From contig JAQICX010000252.1 in NCBI GenBank assembly GCA_027858345.1, positions 5,297 through 69,296 of the forward strand: a stretch of DNA of 64,000 bases, in the 5' to 3' direction. Positions 20,486 through 28,996 of this stretch are shown here, piece by piece. The notes beneath the pieces are model-generated. The model was not told where the DNA came from, made no database searches, and saw only the letters and a list, made by a program, of their open reading frames with translations. This DNA is from Kiritimatiellia bacterium. Lineage in GTDB: Bacteria; Verrucomicrobiota; Kiritimatiellia; JAQICX01. The translations under genes were made by a program, and so were the position numbers. Position 1 is the first letter of the stretch. Every line of letters starts with the position of its first letter.

Positions 20486-21398
20486 TTATTTTGTAATTAC
20501 GGACATAAGCTGTCCCTCTATACCGTTTAAAACAACAGGCAAATCATCTATAGTCATGTGTGTACACGTTTGTTGTGCCGCATCAATATTCACTTCTGCC
20601 GGATCTCCTAAAGCCGGATTAGCGATCAACCCTCCATCTAGTCCGTAATCAAACCAGTCACTCAAAGGATTTGCTACACCTTCCTGATAATACGTAACAT
20701 GATATTGAGACCCAGGAGGTCGTCTGTTTTCTTGCGATGATGATACTTGAGTAACAGCATCTATATATCCAGTAAAGCCAATAGAAAACGTACCAATTGC
20801 TGACCTATTAGTATTCAAGCGTTCGGCGAGATCATGGGTGGAGCCGCCTCCATGGCTATATCCAAAAATAGCAACATTTGAAATATTTCTCATTTGTATA
20901 GCGTTTACAATCTCATCATAGACTTGCCCGTCCCCATTGTTCTGTACATTATCTTCTCCATACATATGAACATCATAACCTTGCGAAAACAGATCAACAG
21001 CTAAGTTAAAAGTTCCTTCATTTGGAGCTGCTGGATCAATAGGATTGTCCTGAGATTCTCCCCCTAAAGCAATTACAATACTTGTAAATGGATAAAAATG
21101 AATTTTGTCCGACTCAACATCTATACTGCCTACCCTTGCAATAAACTCAAGATCAAGCAGTGCCGCCTGCTGGATTTTCCACCCATACTGTTTTCGTGTC
21201 ACTGCTGAATGTTACTGTTGCCTCTGTTCCTGAATCTAATATGGCATTCCCCATACTCTGGCTGTCCCACACCTTGATATTTGTGTTATTGCGTTTAAGC
21301 ACATAGGTCAAGCCTGCTGGAGCAGGATACGGTTCGGCTTTTAATTCAACTTCAATAAGATCATTTTCATTTGCACCAGTTTCGGTATCTCCATTCAC
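20486..21398 (-). pseudogene. orphan J2 + alpha/beta-hydrolase C-terminal module, frameshifted by a 1 bp insertion near 21160
   Basis: ORFs 21153..21398 and 20486..21202 together are collinear with residues 765-1066 of 22328..25528 (about 60-70% identity). The 'GYSHGGGSTHDLA' motif is retained. Confidence 0.6.
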
Positions 21399-22306
21399 TC
21401 TGATTCCTGCACCGGGATCTTACTTTTGTTTTCATACTTATTGTTTTTCTCAATTTCATGAACAACATCAAGAACAGCAGTATTATCACTCTTTTTTAAT
21501 TGTTTCATTAATTCAGGAGTGCTAAGCTCTGGATTCTTTTTAATCTTCTCGGCAACATAAAGTTGTATCCACCATTCTGGACGTTTTGAAAAGTTAGAAA
21601 GAGCATTAGTAACATTTGTATTAATAGGAGGTAAAGGTTTTGATAATCGATGCTTTTTTGCTTTAGAGTCACTGCGTATTATTTCAGCAGATTCTATTAA
21701 GTTAGTTTTTGCCTTATCGTTGTCATTAACAAGAGAGAGAATTAGTGATTTAAGAGCTTCATCCGGAAGACCACTATACATGTACTCAATTAGAGCTTTA
21801 GGCGGATCGTATTTCCGTGCCGTTAGGTAAGCTTCAAATGGCTGGTAGTATCCTTCTGCAATCTTACTATTTCCTCGTATTCCATCAAGAATTTCTCTTG
21901 TCTCATCATAAACAGTGGGATTATCAGTTTCTAAATACATAGCAACTGCCTCTATAATGTTAGTGTCAGAAACAGATTTAATTAAAAAAGATCCAATAAT
22001 CATTGTTGCATGATATTTTTTTTCATCTTTTATAATAGTAACACGATACAAAATTAGTTGCGGAATAATTTCAGCAATATTCGACTGTGTGCTTTTTAAT
22101 TTTTCAATAGATTTCATAACATCTTCCTCTGATGCTTGCTTTTTCCAATGGCGTAGCAAAATGGAAGTAGTCTGCTCAAACTGTTCTTGTACTTCGGGTT
22201 CAGCAACAAGCTGTTTTCCATCTTTATTTATTTGTTCTGCATTTGCTACGTGTAAAAGACACATAAACAAAACAATTTCTATTATCAATCTTACTTTTGT
22301 TTTCAT
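21395..22306 (-). CDS. secreted helical 'partner' protein, paralog 1
   Basis: Signal peptide 'LIIEIVLFMCLLHVANA'. The C-terminal block is 'EWWIQLYVAEKIKKNPEL'. Its stop codon overlaps the start of the downstream orphan module. Confidence 0.55.
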   Translation of the reverse strand: MKTKVRLIIEIVLFMCLLHVANAEQINKDGKQLVAEPEVQEQFEQTTSILLRHWKKQASEEDVMKSIEKLKSTQSNIAEIIPQLILYRVTIIKDEKKYHATMIIGSFLIKSVSDTNIIEAVAMYLETDNPTVYDETREILDGIRGNSKIAEGYYQPFEAYLTARKYDPPKALIEYMYSGLPDEALKSLILSLVNDNDKAKTNLIESAEIIRSDSKAKKHRLSKPLPPINTNVTNALSNFSKRPEWWIQLYVAEKIKKNPELSTPELMKQLKKSDNTAVLDVVHEIEKNNKYENKSKIPVQESE

Positions 22307-22327
22307 ACTTATTCTTTCCTTTTATAT

Positions 22328-25300
22328 TTACGGATTAACATGTCCTATAAGTTGATTTATAACACCATTTATAACATTTAGATGGTCATCTATGTTGCCA
22401 TGTTCCAAGTTTGCCCCCCATGCCGTCGTTGTAACATCTAGTTCAAAATCTGCCCCTGGAACAGGTCCACCACCCAATTCAAGAACTCCATTATTTTGAT
22501 AATAATTTCCAAGAAAAGCAGTACCTGGAGGCCTTCTATTTTCCTGTTCCGCAAGTGGCTGCTTAACGGCATCAATATAAGCCGCATAAGTAATAGTATA
22601 CTCGTGGTTATTAAGATTCACAGCCAGATCATATGTAGACCCACCTCCATGGCTGTAGCCAAAAACTGCAATCTGTGTAACATTTCGATTGTTAACAGCG
22701 TTTTCAACTTCTTCATAAGCAACTCCTCCCCGATCTTCAGAGGCAACAACATCCTCATTGTACATATGAACGTCATAGCCCTGTTGATAAAGATCTATTG
22801 CAATCTCGAATGTACCATGATTACCTGGATCATTAACAGGATCATCTGGATTCTGCCCTTCACCACCCAACACAATAACTACACTTGTAAACGGATAAAA
22901 ATGAATTTTGTCCGAGTCGACATCTATACTGCCTACCCTTGCAACAAACTCAAGATCAGCTGTGCCACCATCTGGATTCTCAACCCATACTGTTTTAGTA
23001 TCACTGCTGAATGTTACTGTTGCTTCTGTTCCTGAATCTAATATAGCATTCCCCATACTCTGGCTGTCCCATACCTTGATATTTGTGTTATTGCGTTTAA
23101 GTATATATGCTAAGCCTGCTGGAGCAGGATATGACTCAATTTTTAATTCAACTTCAATAAAATCATTTTCATTTGCACCAGTTTCAGTATCTCCATTCAC
23201 TCTAATTCCTGTACCTGGATTTTCTTCCTGATCATCAGGAACTGCATGTTTCTGGAATGGATTTCCATAACCAACACCTTCAGTCTGCGGACGGTATGCT
23301 GTCATGCCTATCGAAATAAAACTAAAACTAACATCCTCTGAATCCAATTCATAATTATCTAGCAAATATGTAATTCCAACACTATGCACCCCCGGCTGAA
23401 GACCTTGAACATAAAGTGTTTTCTCCGCTCCTTCTTCAAAAATATCATCATAAGAATAATTATGATATGCCTGAAGTCGATTGCCATTAGGAATATATGA
23501 ATTTGTTCTTGTTATCATTGCGTTACTGTCTTTTGTCCAGATGTTTAGTTTGTTTTCATCAAACTCTAATCTAAAGAAGGCATTTGTTGCACTCTCGTGA
23601 GTTTTGACTAAGAATGGCATAAAATCTCCAGCATTGTCAAGGTCATTAACATTATTTGTGCCGTCGTTGTCAGCATCTTCAAGTCCGGTAAACATGGAGA
23701 TATTGTCAGATTGGTTTGAAACAACAAGAGCACAGGAGGTAAGAGAATAAGATGCTGAATGATATTCGTCACCACTAAACTCCAGATCAACAATCATATC
23801 TCCTAAATCATCGCTACAGCCTATGACTGAGAAACCTTCACTGGTTGAATAAGGAGACTCCTCAATATCAATTTCCCGAGATATGTCGCCTAATGTAAAA
23901 ATATCAGTATTCCCATCAGGTGTAATATCCAATGTTCCATTAAGACCATAATTTGCACACACGCTGTGCAAAAAATCTATATTAACAGACGCATTAGGTG
24001 AATTTAAAATATTGATTACATTTTCCGGACACATCTCAGAATCAATTATCCATGTTCCATGACTGTAAGCAACATAGATGGATACATCAATATCATCGGA
24101 ATCGGGTTCCATCTTTTCCTCTGTAGCCTCAACTGAAATATTATATTGGTAATACCCAGCATGATCAAGGGTTGTCAGACTGTCAACGCCCGTATCCAAC
24201 GAAAAAGAAGCATACTTAAAGGCATCCTGCAGTCCAATAATTGGACTGCCAATAATTGTACTGCCGAAATCAATTGTATCCACGTCACTGTCCTGTTGAA
24301 AAACAGAACCGCTTCCTGTGGCAGTGCAAGTTATTGGTTCTGGATTAAAAATATATGGTGTTGTGCCATACAATAAAGCCGGACTACCTATACTTACTTT
24401 TGCATTAACGTTCAGATCGCCATACAAATTGTTACATCCACACAAAATATAATAATAATAACCATCATATAATGAACCTATATCAACTGTCATTGTCGGT
24501 ATGTAAAACGAAACATCTACTCCTCCTCCACCAGCAGTTGTTTCCATCGTCAGGGGTGAAGAGGTTGTAGTCATCGTCAAAGGTGAAGTAGAACTGCTTG
24601 ATTCTTTAAATTGGCTATTCCCAAGATAAGGATAATACCAACCATAACACGTGATTACCCAAGGATCCATTGTATACACTCTAAAGGCAACATCAGATTC
24701 CGTAAGTTCAGGAGAATAATTTGACTCAACTTCAAGATTTCTAGACAACTCGACATTCAACGGTTGTCCTATAGAACAAATTTTATTCGTAAATAATATA
24801 TTATTTGTATATGATGTGAGGAAGATATTGGTTGAACTACTCCCCATGATCATTAACATATAATCATTATCATCCACTGCAGATAGCTCCATGATACAAT
24901 TAACCACTGTCTCTGCATACTCATTGTTGCTATCTAATGGGTCAGTATGATTAAAATGAACTTCGTCATAGTCATTTGTACTATCTCCGTCTGTATCAAA
25001 CAACCATGGATTTGTTCCATATTGCATTTCTTCAGCATTATTAAGTTCATCTTCGTCAGGATCTCCAAACAAAGATTCTCCTTCAAAAGAGTTGGAAACA
25101 CATGGATTGAAGTTTGTATACATGACTTCAAAAAGATCTGGCAGCTTATCACCATCTGAGTCAAATAGTTTGGCATTCAACCGTTCGATACCATTAGTTG
25201 AAATTGAATTTGTGCAGTAATATTCAAAATTGTTTGATAGACCATCATTATCCCAGTCTGGCGGGGTATAAGCCTTAGGATCAAAACCATAATAAATTTC

Positions 25301-25528
25301 AACAATATCATAAGTACCATCACCATCTGTATCTGAATTAGTGATGCTAGTTCCATACAGTAGAGTTTCTCGACCATCGCTTATTCCATCACCATCTGTA
25401 TCATACAAAGTCCAGCATGTATAAAACCTTGAAGTATCATTGGTAGCATTATAGTCCACCCATGTGTAAACATTAGTTGAAAGATCTACTTCTTCTGTAT
25501 CCTCAATAAACCAATTCCTGTTGACCAA
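22328..25528 (-). CDS. large multidomain protein: TSP3-type Ca-binding repeats, Ser/Thr/Cys-rich middle, J1 and J2 junction motifs, C-terminal alpha/beta-hydrolase (GxSxG lipase/esterase-like) domain
   Basis: It has many 'DTDGDG..D', 'DSDGDKLPD' and 'DTDGDSTNDYDE' aspartate repeats, and a 'FGYSHGGGSTYDLA' nucleophile elbow near the C-terminus. The ORF opens at a TTG immediately after two stop codons. Confidence 0.7.
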   Translation of the reverse strand: MVNRNWFIEDTEEVDLSTNVYTWVDYNATNDTSRFYTCWTLYDTDGDGISDGRETLLYGTSITNSDTDGDGTYDIVEIYYGFDPKAYTPPDWDNDGLSNNFEYYCTNSISTNGIERLNAKLFDSDGDKLPDLFEVMYTNFNPCVSNSFEGESLFGDPDEDELNNAEEMQYGTNPWLFDTDGDSTNDYDEVHFNHTDPLDSNNEYAETVVNCIMELSAVDDNDYMLMIMGSSSTNIFLTSYTNNILFTNKICSIGQPLNVELSRNLEVESNYSPELTESDVAFRVYTMDPWVITCYGWYYPYLGNSQFKESSSSTSPLTMTTTSSPLTMETTAGGGGVDVSFYIPTMTVDIGSLYDGYYYYILCGCNNLYGDLNVNAKVSIGSPALLYGTTPYIFNPEPITCTATGSGSVFQQDSDVDTIDFGSTIIGSPIIGLQDAFKYASFSLDTGVDSLTTLDHAGYYQYNISVEATEEKMEPDSDDIDVSIYVAYSHGTWIIDSEMCPENVINILNSPNASVNIDFLHSVCANYGLNGTLDITPDGNTDIFTLGDISREIDIEESPYSTSEGFSVIGCSDDLGDMIVDLEFSGDEYHSASYSLTSCALVVSNQSDNISMFTGLEDADNDGTNNVNDLDNAGDFMPFLVKTHESATNAFFRLEFDENKLNIWTKDSNAMITRTNSYIPNGNRLQAYHNYSYDDIFEEGAEKTLYVQGLQPGVHSVGITYLLDNYELDSEDVSFSFISIGMTAYRPQTEGVGYGNPFQKHAVPDDQEENPGTGIRVNGDTETGANENDFIEVELKIESYPAPAGLAYILKRNNTNIKVWDSQSMGNAILDSGTEATVTFSSDTKTVWVENPDGGTADLEFVARVGSIDVDSDKIHFYPFTSVVIVLGGEGQNPDDPVNDPGNHGTFEIAIDLYQQGYDVHMYNEDVVASEDRGGVAYEEVENAVNNRNVTQIAVFGYSHGGGSTYDLAVNLNNHEYTITYAAYIDAVKQPLAEQENRRPPGTAFLGNYYQNNGVLELGGGPVPGADFELDVTTTAWGANLEHGNIDDHLNVINGVINQLIGHVNP

Positions 25529-26355
25529 ATCAGTACATACAAAAAATCTAGTTCGTCATCAGAAAGTGTAGCTTCTCCCCATTCAACAGTAAGTTGTACA
25601 CCATTTGTCAGTTGGTTCACGGCAGAGAATCTAAGATTACTTACAACACTTGAACTTCTCATTGCCATAGGTATGCTGAATATAAACAGTTCATCTAAGT
25701 CAGGCTGTGACTGCTCCCAGACATATGCCATTAGATCGTCTTCTCCAACAATCAAATCATAACGCATAACAATTCGTGAAGGATCATAACATGCCAACAA
25801 CCAATCCTGCTGATCTTGTTCTTTCTCTGAAAAATCAAAAAGTTCATTAAAGACAAACCAGTCAGGAGAATAGTTGATCTCTCTGTCAAAAGATATTAGT
25901 TCTTTACCATCTTTATTGGCAATTACAACTTTGGAATCATCCGAATTTTCATATACCCATACTGGATAAGTGCGAACTCCATCTTTCTCTTCGGCAACAA
26001 GTCCTGCAAGGAAACTGTAATCAAACCCCTTATAATTAAGAAGTGCAATTGGTCTGCCTTTCTGATAAAGAGGTACACTTGGATCAGGAGGTGCAACCCA
26101 TAAATATTGATATTGATCATCAAGATACCTGGTTGCAAGGTCTTCAACATTTAAAACTTGATTAGTCTCAAAATTATAATATGCTCTGTAATCATATATC
26201 AGTTTTTTTTCTAAAACACAGGTAGATGCGTTAAGAATAAAATTGGAAAGAATTAGTAACAGGACAAAGATGATTTTGTTTTTCATTGGAATAACATCCT
26301 TACTTATAGTTTGTGTAAAAGTTGCTATTTTACATACTTTAGCAAATATACACAA
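25486..26355 (-). CDS. secreted protein with Sec signal peptide; possibly the frameshift-separated N-terminus of 22328..25528
   Basis: An internal start 'MKNKIIFVLLLILSNFILNAS' gives a good signal peptide. The ORF ends 43 bp inside the start of the next ORF, in a different frame. Confidence 0.5.
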   Translation of the reverse strand: MCIFAKVCKIATFTQTISKDVIPMKNKIIFVLLLILSNFILNASTCVLEKKLIYDYRAYYNFETNQVLNVEDLATRYLDDQYQYLWVAPPDPSVPLYQKGRPIALLNYKGFDYSFLAGLVAEEKDGVRTYPVWVYENSDDSKVVIANKDGKELISFDREINYSPDWFVFNELFDFSEKEQDQQDWLLACYDPSRIVMRYDLIVGEDDLMAYVWEQSQPDLDELFIFSIPMAMRSSSVVSNLRFSAVNQLTNGVQLTVEWGEATLSDDELDFLYVLIWSTGIGLLRIQKK

Positions 26356-26380
26356 GAAAAAATCACAAAAACTATAGTCC

Positions 26381-26575
26381 CCTTAATTTTTAGGTTGAGT
26401 ACCCCTCAGTCATGCACGCATGACAGCTCCACTAAAAGAGGGAGCAGTTGTAAAACTTGCAATTCAAACGGTTTGCACAACAACTCACCCACTCCTCCCC
26501 TTGAAGGGGAGGTGCCGAAGGCGGAGGGGGCGTATCGGGCATAATTTATTGAATATTAAGCTTTTACACATATTT
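26381..26575 (+). repeat. about 190 bp GC-rich structured repeat, copy 1 (family A)
   Basis: About 90% identical over the first 130 bp to 57343..57565. It contains the hairpins GTCATGC-n2-GCATGAC and GCTCC-n-GGAGC. Confidence 0.8.
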
Positions 26576-26869
26576 TTTGGTTCTTCGTAGATTATTGTGG
26601 ATGAGAATTGTTAATAATAGACATTTATATTCAAAAATAAGGGGCAACGCCCCGAAATAGCAAAGCCTAGGGCAGCGCCCTAGGTATATAACAATGCAAT
26701 ACGCATTAAGGGGTGAAGCCCCGAGATAAACATGCTTTAAAGATAGCTTATCTCAGGCTTTCAGCCCTTAATTATTATGTTATATGTTAACCCAGAGCGT
26801 TGCTCTGGGCTATGTTATTACGGGCTTTCAGCCCTGAATATGCTAGCAATATCAATATAATTATCCACA

Positions 26870-26960
26870 ATAATTTACGAAGAAACTATTTTTTATATTT
26901 ATCACCCGTTTGGTGATAAAATAATGTTTTTTCTGCTAGTTTTATTGACTCAAAGGAACA
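26870..26960 (-). repeat. about 80 bp repeat with TTTATCACC-n5-GGTGATAAA palindrome (copy 2, inverted orientation)
   Basis: Its reverse complement matches 5950-6030 ('tttgagtcaataaaa.tagcagaaaa.acatt.ttt.tcaccaa..gggtgataaatat.aaaaata'). Confidence 0.7.
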
Positions 26961-26987
26961 TTTAGTCATTCAAACGTAAAATTAAGG

Positions 26988-28721
26988 TTACTCTTTGAAG
27001 TTTTCATCAAAGAAAACTTTTTCTGGTTCCTCGATTAGTGAGTCATCTGCTTCTATTGCATCTTTTAGTTCCGCATTCAAATCAGGATCCAGCCACCAGT
27101 ATGAAAGCACAGAGCTCTCATTGCCGAATTTTGATAGAATGGTGTCTGGCCTACCAAATTTGTTCCAGTATAGCAATCTTGTTGACTGTATATTCCATAG
27201 TAGAACATATGGGCATGACTCTGTGAGAATTCCGTCAATTTCTCGGCAAATGGCATTTCTTTCATCCACATCAAATATTGATTTTTGTTTCTCTATGAGT
27301 TTATCAACTTTTTCGTTTTTAAAGCCAGTGATGTTATTGCCACTTTTTCTATCTGCCTCTTCTGATAGCCACATTGATTCTGGATCTTTAAATATGCCTG
27401 CGCCGTATGCAGCGGTTGTCATATCAAAGTTAAAACCATCCATATCCTTCATCCATGCAGCCCAGTCCTTGTTGTCAACTTCCATTTTGATTCCCGCTGC
27501 CGCCAAATCTTCCGTATAGATTGCCAGATATTTGTCAAAACCTGGTCCACGAGCCAGATACTTGAACGTAAACTCCTTGCCGTTTTTTTCGAGAATACCA
27601 TTGCTGTTTGGTTTCCAGCCTGCCTCCTTCAGCAGTTTTTTTGCTTTTGCGGGGTTATACTCATAATTAGGATTATTGCATGGAAATTCATCTGTGTAAA
27701 GATCTTCGTAATATGATTTGTGCAGAAAGTATTGATTGTATGCAAGTGTTTTGTTCATATGTTCCCGGTTGACAAGGTGAGCCAGTGCTTTACGAACTTT
27801 GGGATCCTTGAATGGCTCACGGCGCATGTTCATTGCAAAGCCTTGAAAACCTACTGGTTTATGATTTGTGATTTTTTGCTTCACAATCCAATTTTTAATG
27901 AACTTATCATCATCAGTTTCTTTCATCCACAAGCGAGATGTATATACGGGAAATATGTCCATAGTACCTTTTTTGAACTCTTCAAATGCATTCATACGGT
28001 CTGAATAGTATCTGAACGTAATGGTGTCAAAGTTATATATATTTTGATTTCTGTTATAATCCTGCTGCCACCAGTTGTTTCTTCTTTTTAGTCTTGTTAG
28101 TGTGCCTGATTTAATTTCATCTAGTTTGTATGGACCAGATACGACAGGGAACTGAGTATTTTGTTCGTTAAAAATTTTGTTTTTAAATGCATGTTTAGGC
28201 AGGATTTGAAATCCACCGGCGGCCCCAAGGTTTCTCCAGTGTATTGAGTCGGCTGTGAAACGAACAAATTTATTGCTTATAATTTCAGGTTCTTTAAAAA
28301 CAGCAAGACTTATTTTATGTGGACCTGTTAGATTTGTTGGATTCATGATTGCATTAAATGTCCAAACAATGTCCTCGGCTGTGATTGGTTTGCCGTCGCT
28401 CCACTTTGCATTTGAATCAATCTCAAAAGTAAATGTTTTTTTGTCTTCAGATATGGTCCAACTTTTTGCAATGTTTGCTGTATATTTTGAAGTAATAGGA
28501 TCCATACCTATGAGACTTTCGTATAGAAGTCCGAAAACTTCAGATGCTGTATAGCTTGTCTCTAAATAGTAGTTGAATGACTTTGGAAATTGTCCGCCGA
28601 ATAAATTTATATTTCCTCCTGGTATTGCATAGTCTGATGCTATTGGATCGAAGTTGTCCTGAGCTTTGATGCTCATAGCAATTAAAATTGCTGATAAAAA
28701 TGTAATAATTGTTTTTCTCAT
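26988..28721 (-). CDS. ABC transporter substrate-binding protein, family 5 (OppA/DppA/YejA-like)
   Basis: 577 aa with a signal peptide. Its length and motifs are those of the extracellular solute-binding protein family 5. Confidence 0.8.
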   Translation of the reverse strand: MRKTIITFLSAILIAMSIKAQDNFDPIASDYAIPGGNINLFGGQFPKSFNYYLETSYTASEVFGLLYESLIGMDPITSKYTANIAKSWTISEDKKTFTFEIDSNAKWSDGKPITAEDIVWTFNAIMNPTNLTGPHKISLAVFKEPEIISNKFVRFTADSIHWRNLGAAGGFQILPKHAFKNKIFNEQNTQFPVVSGPYKLDEIKSGTLTRLKRRNNWWQQDYNRNQNIYNFDTITFRYYSDRMNAFEEFKKGTMDIFPVYTSRLWMKETDDDKFIKNWIVKQKITNHKPVGFQGFAMNMRREPFKDPKVRKALAHLVNREHMNKTLAYNQYFLHKSYYEDLYTDEFPCNNPNYEYNPAKAKKLLKEAGWKPNSNGILEKNGKEFTFKYLARGPGFDKYLAIYTEDLAAAGIKMEVDNKDWAAWMKDMDGFNFDMTTAAYGAGIFKDPESMWLSEEADRKSGNNITGFKNEKVDKLIEKQKSIFDVDERNAICREIDGILTESCPYVLLWNIQSTRLLYWNKFGRPDTILSKFGNESSVLSYWWLDPDLNAELKDAIEADDSLIEEPEKVFFDENFKE

Positions 28722-28996
28722 TATAGTAAACCTTATTAAAGTTATTAGATTTTAGTTGTCAGTTAGTTATTAGTAAAGACACTACCTTGAGTAGGTAAAG
28801 AGCATCGCTTTTTGTGTTTTTCGTCGGTCAACGCCCGACGCTACAGTCGTTATTTTTGCAATTAATCCTTAGTTCGCAAAAGCTCCTCCTCTTTAAGGGG
28901 AGGTGGCGAGCGACCTGTCGCGCCGTAGTAGGAACTGCTAAGGCGGAAGCGAATTCCAAAATTTTTAATTCTTAATTTTTAATTCTTAATTTGCTT

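Noticed and set aside
26311-26544. Small ORFs inside repeat family A (26311..26544, 57330..57530, 57375..57575, 57385..57612)
   Set aside because: Conservation is at the nucleotide level with stem-loop structure. The ORFs differ in frame continuity between copies, so a structured DNA/RNA element is more likely than a peptide.
14100-26980. Integrase/transposase/att sites bounding the AT-rich block
   Set aside because: No tyrosine or serine recombinase, DDE transposase or tRNA target is present. The island call therefore rests only on operon disruption and composition.
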